DNA of 63,548 nucleotides, the filler included, from Pseudomonadota bacterium (lineage in GTDB: Bacteria; Desulfobacterota; Desulfobacteria; Desulfobacterales; JBDRRP01): the NCBI GenBank assembly GCA_043825735.1. It is 7 parts of 7 records of this genome, joined end to end, with 100 filler letters (N's around TTAATTAATTAA, not from the genome) between each part and the next. Parts side by side here need not be neighbours in the genome. Positions count along the whole stretch, not along the records: positions 1 to 21,428 come from JBDRRP010000019.1; positions 21,529 to 39,431 come from JBDRRP010000022.1; 5 more parts are not named here. One strand, given 5' to 3'. Positions 14,199 through 24,683 of this stretch are shown one piece after another. Each line of letters opens with the position of its first letter. Positions within the stretch are counted from its first letter, which is position 1. The position numbers and the translations under genes are program-made. The notes beneath the pieces are model-generated. The model had not been told where the DNA came from, ran no database searches, and saw nothing but the letters and a program-made list of their open reading frames with translations.

Positions 14199-14267
14199 CA
14201 ATTCACTGTGTGAAAAAACCTGCAGGATCTTTCGGCCTAAGCCTATCAGTCGATCGGCCCAAAGACC

Positions 14268-16094
14268 TCATTGCCGGGCGGCGTCCGGTTTCAGAAAAGC
14301 CGCGATCATCTCCTGGGCGATCGGTGCAGCGGCGCTGGATCCATGTTCACCGTGCTCCACGATGACGGCAACGGCGATTCGCGGCGCCTCCGAGGGGGCA
14401 TAGGCGACAAACCAGGCATGATCCTTGATCCCGGTCTCGTCCTCGGCCCCGTCGCCATCCTCGTCCCCCTGGCGGCTCACCAGTTGCGCCGTTCCCGTTT
14501 TCCCGCTGATGGCATAGGCCTTCGAGCGAATGCCGCGGGCGGTACCATGAGCGCCGTTAACCACTTCGAAAAGACCCTGGCGAACCAGCGCCAGGTTCAC
14601 CGGCGACACGTTGATCCGACCGACAAGCTCAGGCAACTCCTGAAAGATGGTCTTGCCATCGGGCGTCTTGATCGCATCCACCACCAGCGGACGGTATCTT
14701 GCACCCCCATTTCCGATCGCCCCCACGACGACGGCCATTTGAAGCGGGGTCACCAGATTGTATCCCTGCCCGATGGCGATGGACAAGGTCTCCCCCTGCT
14801 GCCAGGGAATGCCAAAACGTTTGAGTTTCCAGGCCGCCGTGGGAATTAATCCTGAGTTTTCGTTTTCAAAGCCGATGCCGGTGATGGATCCGAGCCCGAA
14901 GGCCTTGGCATGCCAGGCGAGCCGATCGACGCCGAGTTTGACACCCGCCTGATAAAAAAACACGTCACAGGACTGCGCTATCGCCTGGACCACTTCCAGG
15001 GTGCCATGGCCGGTTTTCTTCCAGCACCGAAAAGTGCGGTCGCCGAAGGTGAAATATCCCGGACACCGGACGGTGGTGGCCGCATCGATGGCGTCTTCTT
15101 CCAGTGCCGCCATAGCGGTGACGATTTTGAACGTGGAAGCCGGCGGGTACTGCCCCTGGATGGCTTTGTTCTCCATGGGATGGTTGGGATTTGAAATCAA
15201 CGCCTGCCAGTCTTCGGTGCTCATACCGTCGACAAAAACGTTCTGATTGAAAGAAGGGCTTGAGGCCATGGCCAGAATTCGGCCAGAATTGGGATCGATC
15301 GCCACGGCGGCACCGGCGCTTCCATGCAGCAGCGACTCGGCTTTTATCTGAACGGCATGATCCAGGGTCAGGAAAATGTTGTTGCCCGGTTTTGCCGCCA
15401 CGACCTTGATGACCCGGACGATCCTTCCGGTGGCATCCACTTCCACCTGCTGGCCGCCATGCTCCCCGGTCAGGTAGGTGTCATAGAGCTTCTCTACGCC
15501 TGATTTCCCTATAAAATCTCCAGGTTGTCGCCCCGTGTAGTTCTCGGAGCGCAACTCGTCAGCACTGATTTCACTCAGATAGCCGATCAGGTGCGCCGCG
15601 TTTTGCGCTTCGATATAGTGGCGCCGCGGTTTGACGTTGACGACGATACCGGGCAGATCGAATTTGTGCACTTCAATGGTCGCCAGCATATCCCTGCCGA
15701 TGTCCTGTTTCAGCGGAATTGGCGTATAGGCCCCGACGCGGCGATGCTTGCGGTAGCGCTTATTGAGCTCTGCAATCGGAATCCCGGTATAATGCGCCAG
15801 TTTGCTCAACGTGACATCTACGGGCTTGGCGTCCTTGGTGATGATTGACAGATCGAAAGCCGGGCGGTTGTCCACCAGGAGGGTGCCGTTGCGGTCGAAA
15901 ATGAGCCCTCGTTGAGGGTCCAGATTTTGCAGCCGGATGCGATTATTGAGGGAAAAACGCTGCATTTCCTCCCCCACAATAACTTGAAGATATACCAGCC
16001 GAACAAACAAAACGATAAACGCAGCGATGGTGATCACGACCAAACCCGTCAGCCGCATCCGAAACCACTCGTTGTCTATGGTACGCAGATACAA
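14268..16094 (-). CDS. mrdA: Penicillin-binding protein 2
   Basis: STFK (SxxK), SCD (SxN variant), KTGT; probable TTG start at 16094 after AGGA (ORF open to 16145). Confidence 0.96.
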   Translation of the reverse strand: MYLRTIDNEWFRMRLTGLVVITIAAFIVLFVRLVYLQVIVGEEMQRFSLNNRIRLQNLDPQRGLIFDRNGTLLVDNRPAFDLSIITKDAKPVDVTLSKLAHYTGIPIAELNKRYRKHRRVGAYTPIPLKQDIGRDMLATIEVHKFDLPGIVVNVKPRRHYIEAQNAAHLIGYLSEISADELRSENYTGRQPGDFIGKSGVEKLYDTYLTGEHGGQQVEVDATGRIVRVIKVVAAKPGNNIFLTLDHAVQIKAESLLHGSAGAAVAIDPNSGRILAMASSPSFNQNVFVDGMSTEDWQALISNPNHPMENKAIQGQYPPASTFKIVTAMAALEEDAIDAATTVRCPGYFTFGDRTFRCWKKTGHGTLEVVQAIAQSCDVFFYQAGVKLGVDRLAWHAKAFGLGSITGIGFENENSGLIPTAAWKLKRFGIPWQQGETLSIAIGQGYNLVTPLQMAVVVGAIGNGGARYRPLVVDAIKTPDGKTIFQELPELVGRINVSPVNLALVRQGLFEVVNGAHGTARGIRSKAYAISGKTGTAQLVSRQGDEDGDGAEDETGIKDHAWFVAYAPSEAPRIAVAVIVEHGEHGSSAAAPIAQEMIAAFLKPDAARQ

Positions 16095-16116
16095 GAGAAG
16101 TTGTCCTGATTCATTT

Positions 16117-16635
16117 TCAGATATCGCTCGTGCGAAACCGTTCAACGACTCTGCGCTCGAAAGATCCTTGCAGATTGCGGATCACTATGAGGATGACGGG
16201 TCCGGTCGGCAGCGCCCACAAGACCTGAATCACCATATGGCGCAAAACACCGTCAATCGCCATCGGGGCGCTGCCGCCCGCGCTCATCATAAACACCACA
16301 ACGGCGTTTTCCAGCGCCACACCGGCAGCCACAACGAAAGGGATCAACAGGGTGCTCTGGACATTGAAAAGGCTGATGAGCCATTTCAAAACGATGAATA
16401 GCCAGTAATAGGCGGTCATGTAGATGCCAAAAGGCCCACCTGAGAGTCCTTCCATAGTCAGCCCCAGTGCAAACACGAGCACTGCGCCTTCCCGTGAAGG
16501 TCGAAACAAGGCGAGGTAAACCACGATGGGAATGGTCAGATCATAAACGAAGCCCCAGCCAAACACCGCCGGCAGGATCACCGATTGCCCCAGCACGAAT
16601 AGCAGCCACAAAATGGCAATAAATATCACTGTCAT
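16117..16635 (-). CDS. mreD: Rod shape-determining protein MreD
   Basis: Polytopic membrane protein between mreC and mrdA. Confidence 0.85.
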   Translation of the reverse strand: MTVIFIAILWLLFVLGQSVILPAVFGWGFVYDLTIPIVVYLALFRPSREGAVLVFALGLTMEGLSGGPFGIYMTAYYWLFIVLKWLISLFNVQSTLLIPFVVAAGVALENAVVVFMMSAGGSAPMAIDGVLRHMVIQVLWALPTGPVILIVIRNLQGSFERRVVERFRTSDI

Positions 16636-17474
16636 TTTTCTGATACCCGGCTATCCGGCTCTGGCGCGGGGCTGATCACCACCAGGACCTCTTCGAGTTT
16701 TTCAAAATCGACATATGGCGTTACGGTCACGTCCTGGAATATGCCCGATGTCTTTCGAATGACACCCGACACGGCGCCAATGCGCAGGCCTTTGGGAAAC
16801 ACGCCGTCGAGTCCTGAAGATATCAAGGGATCGCCAACGACCACATCGCTTTTTCGCAATACGTATTTGAAATCGCAAATACCGTCGGGATTTCCTGAAA
16901 CGATCCCCCGCGCGCGGCTGCGCTCCACCAGGGCGTCAACGGCGTTGTTCTGGTCGACAATGAGCAGCACCTTGGAATAGCCGGCCCCGGCCGCCATCAC
17001 CTGTCCGACGATACCTTCCGGCACCACCACCGGCATCCCTTTTCTAACGCCGTCCCGATTGCCCTTGTCGATGACCACGGTGCGGTACCATGGCGAAGGG
17101 TTCTGCCCGATGACTTCGGCGGCCAGGACGTCTTGCTGCATGGTTTTCTGGAAACTGAGCAGGCTTCGCAATCTGAGGTTGGAGCGCTCTATTTCCTGGA
17201 AGACGTGACTGCGGTTTTGCGCCTCGTCAAGCTTTCGGCGCAGGGCGTCGTTTTCCATGGATACACCGGCAAGGTAAAAGTAATGCAGCCATACGTCCCG
17301 GCAGGAACGGATGGCGCCGGTCACGACACTCTGGAAGGGAGCGACCACCTGTATTGCGAATCGCCCGAGGCCTCTGGAAGGGGCGTGCCCCTGGCTGCTG
17401 ATGGCGAGAACGATGATGTTGACCGCGACCACCACGATCAAACCAACGATCATCAACGTTTGTTTGGAAAACAT
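16632..17474 (-). CDS. mreC: Rod shape-determining protein MreC
   Basis: TM, coiled coil, IDKG..DGV, SSGLDGVFPKGL. Confidence 0.96.
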   Translation of the reverse strand: MFSKQTLMIVGLIVVVAVNIIVLAISSQGHAPSRGLGRFAIQVVAPFQSVVTGAIRSCRDVWLHYFYLAGVSMENDALRRKLDEAQNRSHVFQEIERSNLRLRSLLSFQKTMQQDVLAAEVIGQNPSPWYRTVVIDKGNRDGVRKGMPVVVPEGIVGQVMAAGAGYSKVLLIVDQNNAVDALVERSRARGIVSGNPDGICDFKYVLRKSDVVVGDPLISSGLDGVFPKGLRIGAVSGVIRKTSGIFQDVTVTPYVDFEKLEEVLVVISPAPEPDSRVSEK

Positions 17475-17480
17475 GATGGA

Positions 17481-18620
<1,140 letters not shown>

Positions 18621-18678
18621 CTACCAAATTGTTACTGACCTTACAAGCGAAATGTTTGCAGAATCACTTTAGAATTTT

Positions 18679-18957
18679 ATGGGTCTTCTCCGATTTTGAT
18701 AGAGAAGAGGGTTCGAGGGTTCAAGGGGCCAAGGGGTCAAGTAAAGGCATTGCGCGATATTCAGTACTTTTGCGGCCGACAGCAAATCCCGGCGGCATTT
18801 CAGCGATGAACTCAAAACGTACACGCAATGCAGGTGGGCCTAAGTCTGTCGGTCAGCAGACGTATTTCGCTGTTTTGTTAGTTGTTTTTCACTCGACCCC
18901 TTGAACCCTCGGACCCTTGGCCCCTATTCATCGACCAACTCTTTGTGGGATGGTCCG
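18679..18957. repeat. Family A MITE-like element, complete copy
   Basis: GAGGGTTCGAGGGTTCAAGGGGCCAAGGGGTCAAG ... CTCGACCCCTTGAACCCTCGGACCCTTGGCCCCT. Confidence 0.85.
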
Positions 18958-18971
18958 TATTCTTAGATCCC

Positions 18972-20093
18972 TCAATCGGCGGCAAGGCCACCGGGCGATC
19001 GTCTCACGGCGGCCATAAGTGCATCAAAAATTGCCGGGCGAAAGTTCTTGATCCCTTCGGCAAAACGGTAGGGGTGGGTCCGGTTCGTGAGCAAAACGAT
19101 ATGCACCCCGGTGGTCAGCTCCAGCCAGAATGACACACCGGTGAATCCCAGATGCCCGATCGTTGGCGTTGAAAAATAAGCACCGCAGCTGGGCTGATCC
19201 CCCGACGGGACATCGAAGCCGAGGGCACGGCCGCCGCCTGCCGGGGGGCTCAGAAAGGCCCGGACCGTTTCCGGTGAAAACGCGCTAAGCGCGATATCGC
19301 CGGAAAAGCACTGCCACAGCGCCGCCACCACTCGGTGCACCGCCAGGGCCGTACCGAAAAGCCCGGCATGGCCGGCCGCGCCGCCCAGGATGAAAGCGTT
19401 TTCGTCATCCACCACCCCCGTCAGCAGCCGGGCCCGCCAAGGGCACAACTGGCCGGCAGCATAGTGATGGCCGCTGCTGCCGGAAATCGCAGGGAAGAAA
19501 AGTCCCTCCCCGCCCATTTCCGGATAGATGTTCTTCTCCAGCGTCTCGGCCAGAGGCCGGCCTGAAAGTACTTCCAGCAGCCACGCCAGAATCAGAAACC
19601 CCACGTCACTGTAAAGTGTCGTGCTGCCGGGAGGAGAGATCGCCGGCTCCCGGGACAGCATTTCCAAGAGTAGTGACCGTCGGGCTGAAAGCGGCACCCG
19701 TGCGAGCGTTTGGAAGAAAGGCCGCCACGCCGCCAATCCGGCGGTGTGGGATAGAAGCATTCTCGGCGTATAGCGCGGCGCAGCTGCCGGGAAGTATTCG
19801 CTCAGCGTATCGGCGACAGGTCGATCAAGTTCCAGAACGCCGCGCGCTGCCAAATGCATGGCAACCAGGGTGGTCGCCAGCGGCTTTGTCACCGAGGCCA
19901 GGTCGAACACCGTATCAAAGGTCATGGGCCTTCGTCGAAACAGGTCGGCCTGTCCGTAGGCCCGGTGGAAGAAAATTCGATCCCCCTGCCCGGCCAGAAG
20001 TACTGCTCCGGGAAAGGCACGCGCGGCGATGGCCGCCGCCATCACCCGCTCGACTGCCGGCCACTGCGAGCCGGAACAGTTGTTCTTATCCAT
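18972..20093 (-). CDS. Serine hydrolase, beta-lactamase/AmpC-like family
   Basis: FDLASVTK (SxxK), YSD, GHLGFTG; likely start ATG at 20093. Confidence 0.9.
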   Translation of the reverse strand: MDKNNCSGSQWPAVERVMAAAIAARAFPGAVLLAGQGDRIFFHRAYGQADLFRRRPMTFDTVFDLASVTKPLATTLVAMHLAARGVLELDRPVADTLSEYFPAAAPRYTPRMLLSHTAGLAAWRPFFQTLARVPLSARRSLLLEMLSREPAISPPGSTTLYSDVGFLILAWLLEVLSGRPLAETLEKNIYPEMGGEGLFFPAISGSSGHHYAAGQLCPWRARLLTGVVDDENAFILGGAAGHAGLFGTALAVHRVVAALWQCFSGDIALSAFSPETVRAFLSPPAGGGRALGFDVPSGDQPSCGAYFSTPTIGHLGFTGVSFWLELTTGVHIVLLTNRTHPYRFAEGIKNFRPAIFDALMAAVRRSPGGLAAD

Positions 20094-21024
20094 GGGAAGT
20101 CGATGCCCCGGCCTGATTTGAGAAATCAACACTCAGGGTTGCACGGCCCGTGTCAAGAACTGCCGGCACACCGAGAGGGACGGCAAGATTGGTTGCGCCG
20201 TGTCCGATGGGAAAACCGCCCATCACCGGGATGGAAAGTCTTTCAAAGTGTGTCAGGAAAACATCCCTGATGTGTGCAGGCTCACCGCAGTATTCGAAGG
20301 TGCCCAGGGCCAGGCCGGCGAGCGCGTCGAAACACCCGGCCATCCGCATCTGGCACAGCATCCGGTCCAGCCGGTAGGGCGCCTCGTGGATGTCTTCCAA
20401 AAGCAGTATGCACCCGCTCAAATCCGGCATAAATCCGGTGGCGAGCAGGTGATTGAGCGTGGTCAGGTTTCCCCCGATCAAGGGCCCGGCGGCAATGCCC
20501 GGGCGCAACACGTCTGCAGGGTCCGCTGCGATGGCGATAGCCGCTCCGGAAAGCAGTTTTTCAAGGCCCGCGAGTGTTGCCGCGTCAGAGGTGGCCAGGG
20601 ATGTGACCACCGGTCCGTGGATGGCGGGAATGCCGCAGCGCAGCGATAGAAACAACAGCAGGGCGGTGATGTCGCTGAAACCGATGACGGGCTTGGGGTT
20701 CCGGCTGATGAGCGGCGCATCGAGCAGCGGCAGCAGCCTCAAAGAGCCGTAGCCCCCCCGCGCGCAGATGATGGCCGAGATACCTTTATTTTCGAAGAGG
20801 GCGTGCAAAACGTCCGCCCGCTGCCGGTCATCTCCTGCAAGAAACGCCGTCTTGGCCGCAATGCGGGGATCCACATGCGCCTTAAAGCCCATCCCTTCTA
20901 TAATGGACAGACCCGTGGCAAACAGGTCTTCATCAAAGGGCCCGGCAGGCGCGGCCACGCCGATGGTGGCGCCTGGTTTCAACCGGAACCGCTCAGATTC
21001 CATTTTTTGCATGGCAGGTTCCAC
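20086..21024 (-). CDS. LD-carboxypeptidase (peptidase S66)
   Basis: RGGYG, GFSDIT, GGNL, LLEDI, IGHG. Confidence 0.93.
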   Translation of the reverse strand: MEPAMQKMESERFRLKPGATIGVAAPAGPFDEDLFATGLSIIEGMGFKAHVDPRIAAKTAFLAGDDRQRADVLHALFENKGISAIICARGGYGSLRLLPLLDAPLISRNPKPVIGFSDITALLLFLSLRCGIPAIHGPVVTSLATSDAATLAGLEKLLSGAAIAIAADPADVLRPGIAAGPLIGGNLTTLNHLLATGFMPDLSGCILLLEDIHEAPYRLDRMLCQMRMAGCFDALAGLALGTFEYCGEPAHIRDVFLTHFERLSIPVMGGFPIGHGATNLAVPLGVPAVLDTGRATLSVDFSNQAGASTSHG

Positions 21025-21066
21025 TGGCGCCGATACGCCCCGTGTGCGTTATAAAAAAATGAGAAA

Positions 21067-21205
21067 TTTGACAAACGCGTAAAAAGTCTGAAATCACCAC
21101 AGAGGACGCCAAGAGCGCAGAGATAACTTTTTAATTATTCATAATATTCTCTGCGGTCCTCTGCGGTCTCTGCGGTTCAAAATCACTTTTTACGGTTTCA
21201 TCAAA
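21067..21205. mobile_element. Family C MITE-like element with TIRs related to the IS at 58897-60787
   Basis: TTTGACAAACGCGTAAAAAGT ... ACTTTTTACGGTTTCATCAAA; internal CACAGAG/CGCAGAG arrays facing CTCTGCGGT arrays. Confidence 0.75.
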
Positions 21206-21347
21206 AATACCCAACGTTGACAAGCGTTTCTCATCATATGAGAAAACATCCCGGTATTAAAGGATTTTTTATCATCACGGCCGCCGCCGCGATGTCGGAA
21301 TCACCGCTTGACAACACCCGGTGATACTGTTAGTTAGGCCGCTTGTG

Positions 21348-21425
<78 letters not shown>

Positions 21426-21428
21426 AAA

Positions 21429-21528
21429 NNNNNNNNNNNNNNNNNNNNNNNNNNNNNNNNNNNNNNNNNNNNTTAATTAATTAANNNNNNNNNNNNNNNN
21501 NNNNNNNNNNNNNNNNNNNNNNNNNNNN
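21429..21528. other. Artificial contig linker (same at 39432-39531, 46433-46532, 53125-53224, 58124-58223, 61262-61361)
   Basis: N44-TTAATTAATTAA-N44 six-frame stop spacer, identical six times. Confidence 0.99.
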
Positions 21529-22029
21529 CTCCGATTCATCGGGAAGATGTCCCTTTCCCGAATTCCGTTTTTTGGCTGGGCCACCCGTCGCATCGGCATC
21601 ATCTATATCGATCGCAATGATCCCGAAAACGCCCGCCGTACCCTGAGCACTGCGGGAGCATCGCTCACCGGCGGTGTGAGCACCCTATTTTATGCAGAAG
21701 GGACACGCACAACAGACGGCCGGTTGCAGCCGTTTAAAAAGGGCGGCGTCATGCTGGCCCTGAAGACCGGTCTTCCCATCGTACCGATCACCGTTGTGGG
21801 CAGCCGCACCCTGATGCCCAAACACGCCCTGCGGATTCGCCCGGGAACCATCCGTGTCATTATCGGTCCGCCCATCGAAACCGTTGGCAAGAGCCCGGCG
21901 CAAAGAGATGCGCTCATTGAAACCGTCCGCGCGCACATCCAAGACACCCTGCACCGATATCCCCACGATCAGGACGCCCCATCACCCGCCATGATTCCGG
22001 CAGCTTCCCCGGAAGGCACAACCGCCTGA
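21529..22029 (+). CDS. 1-acyl-sn-glycerol-3-phosphate acyltransferase (PlsC family), 5' truncated by contig edge
   Basis: IYIDR, YAEGTR, FKKG, LPIVP motifs. Confidence 0.88.
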   Translation, partial: LRFIGKMSLSRIPFFGWATRRIGIIYIDRNDPENARRTLSTAGASLTGGVSTLFYAEGTRTTDGRLQPFKKGGVMLALKTGLPIVPITVVGSRTLMPKHALRIRPGTIRVIIGPPIETVGKSPAQRDALIETVRAHIQDTLHRYPHDQDAPSPAMIPAASPEGTTA

Positions 22030-22211
22030 CTCTGATTGTTTTTATAAAACTGAAGTGCTCGGCGCCCGCAGAGGTCTTTGGCTGCTGTCTGCAGCGGCAC
22101 ACCACTGCCTCGTGCGCTCAAGGATGCGGCAGTTAAGCCCGCTGAATGCGTTTGACTCCATGACCGAGGTGGTTTATGGCTGAAAGCCATCTCAAAACAG
22201 AAGGAGTTTCC

Positions 22212-22559
22212 ATGTTCGAAAACGAACTCGACAAGCTGAACCTGAAAGTGGATACCACCAACATGTATATGGAGGAAGGCTTCACCGATTTGAAAGTCGC
22301 CTCCATCCGGAGATTGACGCCAATAAAGGCCGACGGGACGCCGGATCCAAGCCGAACGCCGATTTTTGTCGGTACCACCCAATTGCTCACCCCTGAAGGG
22401 CCGCTGCCCATCCAGGCGCCCCTGATGGCCAATTCGCTGCAGGAAGCCCTCGAGGTGTTTGCCGACGCGATGAAAAAAGCGGTGGCGGACATGATGCAGG
22501 AGGCCCGGCGGATGAAGCAGGACGAGGCGTCCCGGATCATTGTTCCAGGCAGGGGATAA
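22212..22559 (+). CDS. Hypothetical cytoplasmic protein
   Basis: AAGGAG RBS before ATG at 22212; typical codon usage; ends SRIIVPG. Confidence 0.75.
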   Translation: MFENELDKLNLKVDTTNMYMEEGFTDLKVASIRRLTPIKADGTPDPSRTPIFVGTTQLLTPEGPLPIQAPLMANSLQEALEVFADAMKKAVADMMQEARRMKQDEASRIIVPGRG

Positions 22560-22608
22560 CCGCGTTTCTTGTCGTCGATTGTCATTGCCAAACTTAGGGA
22601 GTGTTGCC

Positions 22609-23301
22609 GTGTCGTATCTGGAGTTCACTCGCCGGGAGTTGCTGGCGCGTTGGCTGCCGGCCGGCATTATCGGCTTTTGGCGTTGGGGCGGTGATCCTAT
22701 AAGCCTGATGGCCATGGGCGCCAACGCCCTTCCGGATGGCATCCATCGGGCGGAAGGCCGCGTTACGGTCAATGATCGACCGGTAAGCGTGGGCGCTCCG
22801 GTGGCATCCGGTGATTTGGTCGGCACCGGTGCGGCAAGCAGTGCCGTAGTGGTGCTGGATCAAGCGGTGTATTTGGTGCGCGAGCAGACCCGCGTGGTCG
22901 TGACCGTCGGCAGCAAAGACAACGCCGTGCGCGCCGTCATTCGGGTTCTCAATGGTCGGTTGCTGTCCGTCTTCGGTGGGGGACAGCACCGGGTCACGAC
23001 GGATACGGCCGTCATCGGCATTCGCGGCTCCGGGCTCTATATCGCAACGGATTCGCAGCGCACCTATGCTTGCACCTGCTACGGGACCGCCCGGATCCAG
23101 GCCGTTGGTGATCCCGGCATTGGAGAAACCGTGCAAACCCGTCACCATGAAGCCCCCCGGTTCATATACGGCCAGGGGCACTCCCAACGGATCACGCCGG
23201 CACCGGTCATTGACCACACCGATGCCGAATTGATTATGCTCGAGGCCTTGGTGGGACGCCGACCGCCGTTCATGGACAACCCTTCCGGTTACAAGTACTG
23301 A
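22609..23301 (+). CDS. FecR-domain protein with twin-arginine-like N-terminus
   Basis: TRRELL; GDLVGTG...; TDTAVIGIRGS FecR-like motif; GTG start after AGGGAG. Confidence 0.7.
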   Translation: MSYLEFTRRELLARWLPAGIIGFWRWGGDPISLMAMGANALPDGIHRAEGRVTVNDRPVSVGAPVASGDLVGTGAASSAVVVLDQAVYLVREQTRVVVTVGSKDNAVRAVIRVLNGRLLSVFGGGQHRVTTDTAVIGIRGSGLYIATDSQRTYACTCYGTARIQAVGDPGIGETVQTRHHEAPRFIYGQGHSQRITPAPVIDHTDAELIMLEALVGRRPPFMDNPSGYKY

Positions 23302-23474
23302 TTCTCGCCAATCCTGCGGGGGTGCCGTGTGATGTCTCGCCACGCAATCACTGGCGGGGCAACCGCGTTTCAGGGCCATCACCGTTTCCATTATTGACAG
23401 CCTTCCGGTGGCGAAGCATCTTTCATGACAGTCTGAGTAAATCCCATATCGTGTATGCGTTCAGGGAGCTGATC

Positions 23475-24068
23475 ATGAATACGTTTTCTACTCACCGGTG
23501 GGCGGTGCTGGGTGCCCTGCTGCTGGCCACCGCCTGTACCACTACCGGCAAACCGGCGGCGTCCGTTCCATCGGCCGCCACCATTGCCGAAGAAAACGAC
23601 GCCATTCGTCCGGTGGTGGAAAAACTCGCCGTCAATGTCCGTGAGCTCAGGGTGGTGTATGACGATCTTCACATTCTTGCCCGAGGCGCGATTAGTGGCG
23701 CTGATCCGGACCGTCAATTGGACTACGTGCAAAAGGTCTATCTATACGTGAACGCGGCACTGCTTGTGGCAGAATATCAGTATAAAATGTTGTCCGTGCT
23801 CAATTACGTCAAAGATGCCCGTCGGACAGACTATCTGACCTTGCGCGCCCGGGGGCTGGACGAGGCGATCAGCCGCATGAAGGAAACCATCATATTTATG
23901 ACCCTATACGACGCCTTCATTATTAATCCAAAAGTGACGGCCACCATTGCCCGGACCCAGGCTCTGATTCAGGGCAACATCTATCTTTATGACCAGCTGC
24001 TGGATATATTGCAGCCCTTGGTGCACCCTGCCGGCGCATTTACCCTTGACCCATATGCCCCTATTTAG
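23475..24068 (+). CDS. Putative lipoprotein
   Basis: GGGAG RBS; hydrophobic stretch ending LATAC (lipobox-like). Confidence 0.65.
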   Translation: MNTFSTHRWAVLGALLLATACTTTGKPAASVPSAATIAEENDAIRPVVEKLAVNVRELRVVYDDLHILARGAISGADPDRQLDYVQKVYLYVNAALLVAEYQYKMLSVLNYVKDARRTDYLTLRARGLDEAISRMKETIIFMTLYDAFIINPKVTATIARTQALIQGNIYLYDQLLDILQPLVHPAGAFTLDPYAPI

Positions 24069-24212
24069 AGTACCTGTCAGAATAATGTTCCGTTTCATCG
24101 CCAAGATCCTATCGGGATCGATATCGATGTGTTCCAAGGTCGATACCGATACCGATTTCGATGTTCACCATGAGTTGTTGTGCAAACGGAGTGTATTTAT
24201 GACAATGGCTAT
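24066..24212. repeat. Short palindromic element with inverted (G/T)ATCG / CGAT(A/T) hexamer arrays
   Basis: ATCGGGATCGATATCGAT ... GTCGATACCGATACCGATTTCGAT; weak outer IR (TGTCAGAATA / TATTTATGACA). Confidence 0.5.
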
Positions 24213-24359
24213 TAATGCACACAACATGCACAAAAAATTATTGACTTTTCACCACATGTGGTGGCATAAGCCAAGCGCGCTTCATGCACTGCTTCTTCTG
24301 CCTCTGTTCTGGGTATTTTCTGAGCTCGCTTTCCATCGGATTCGCTAAAGCGCAAACTT

Positions 24360-24400
24360 CGAAGCCTCCGTGCCTCAACGGCCGGGGGCTTCGCTTTTTT
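24360..24400 (+). terminator. Rho-independent terminator (plus strand)
   Basis: CGAAGCCTCCG...CGGGGGCTTCG stem followed by T6. Confidence 0.65.
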
Positions 24401-24408
24401 AGGGGCTT

Positions 24409-24447
24409 TAAAAAAAGGGTGGGTGGCTCATAGGGGGTGAGCCACCC
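24409..24447 (-). terminator. Rho-independent terminator (minus strand)
   Basis: Perfect 10-bp stem GGGTGGCTCA/TGAGCCACCC, then ACCC and T7 on minus strand. Confidence 0.6.
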
Positions 24448-24683
24448 GGAGGTTAGAGATGAAAAAAGCAGGTATTTGTAAAACAAGGCAACTGGCGTTA
24501 CCTTGCAAATAAATTAAAACAGCCATGACGCGTGTCAAGCGGTTGCTTTGGTATTTATTTGTTTTCATCATTGACCCGGAGCGTTTCCCTATACTACCGA
24601 TCACGATCCCATAATCCACCATTTGTAAATGGATCCCGACGATTCCGGCCATAACCTGGGCATTGTTTACAAGGAGTGATGAC

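Noticed and set aside
24485..24560. c-di-GMP-I riboswitch suggested by GCCAGTTGCC on the minus strand
   Set aside because: The GCAAAC/GNRA P2 and GCAAAG receptor elements are missing; a simple hairpin explains the sequence
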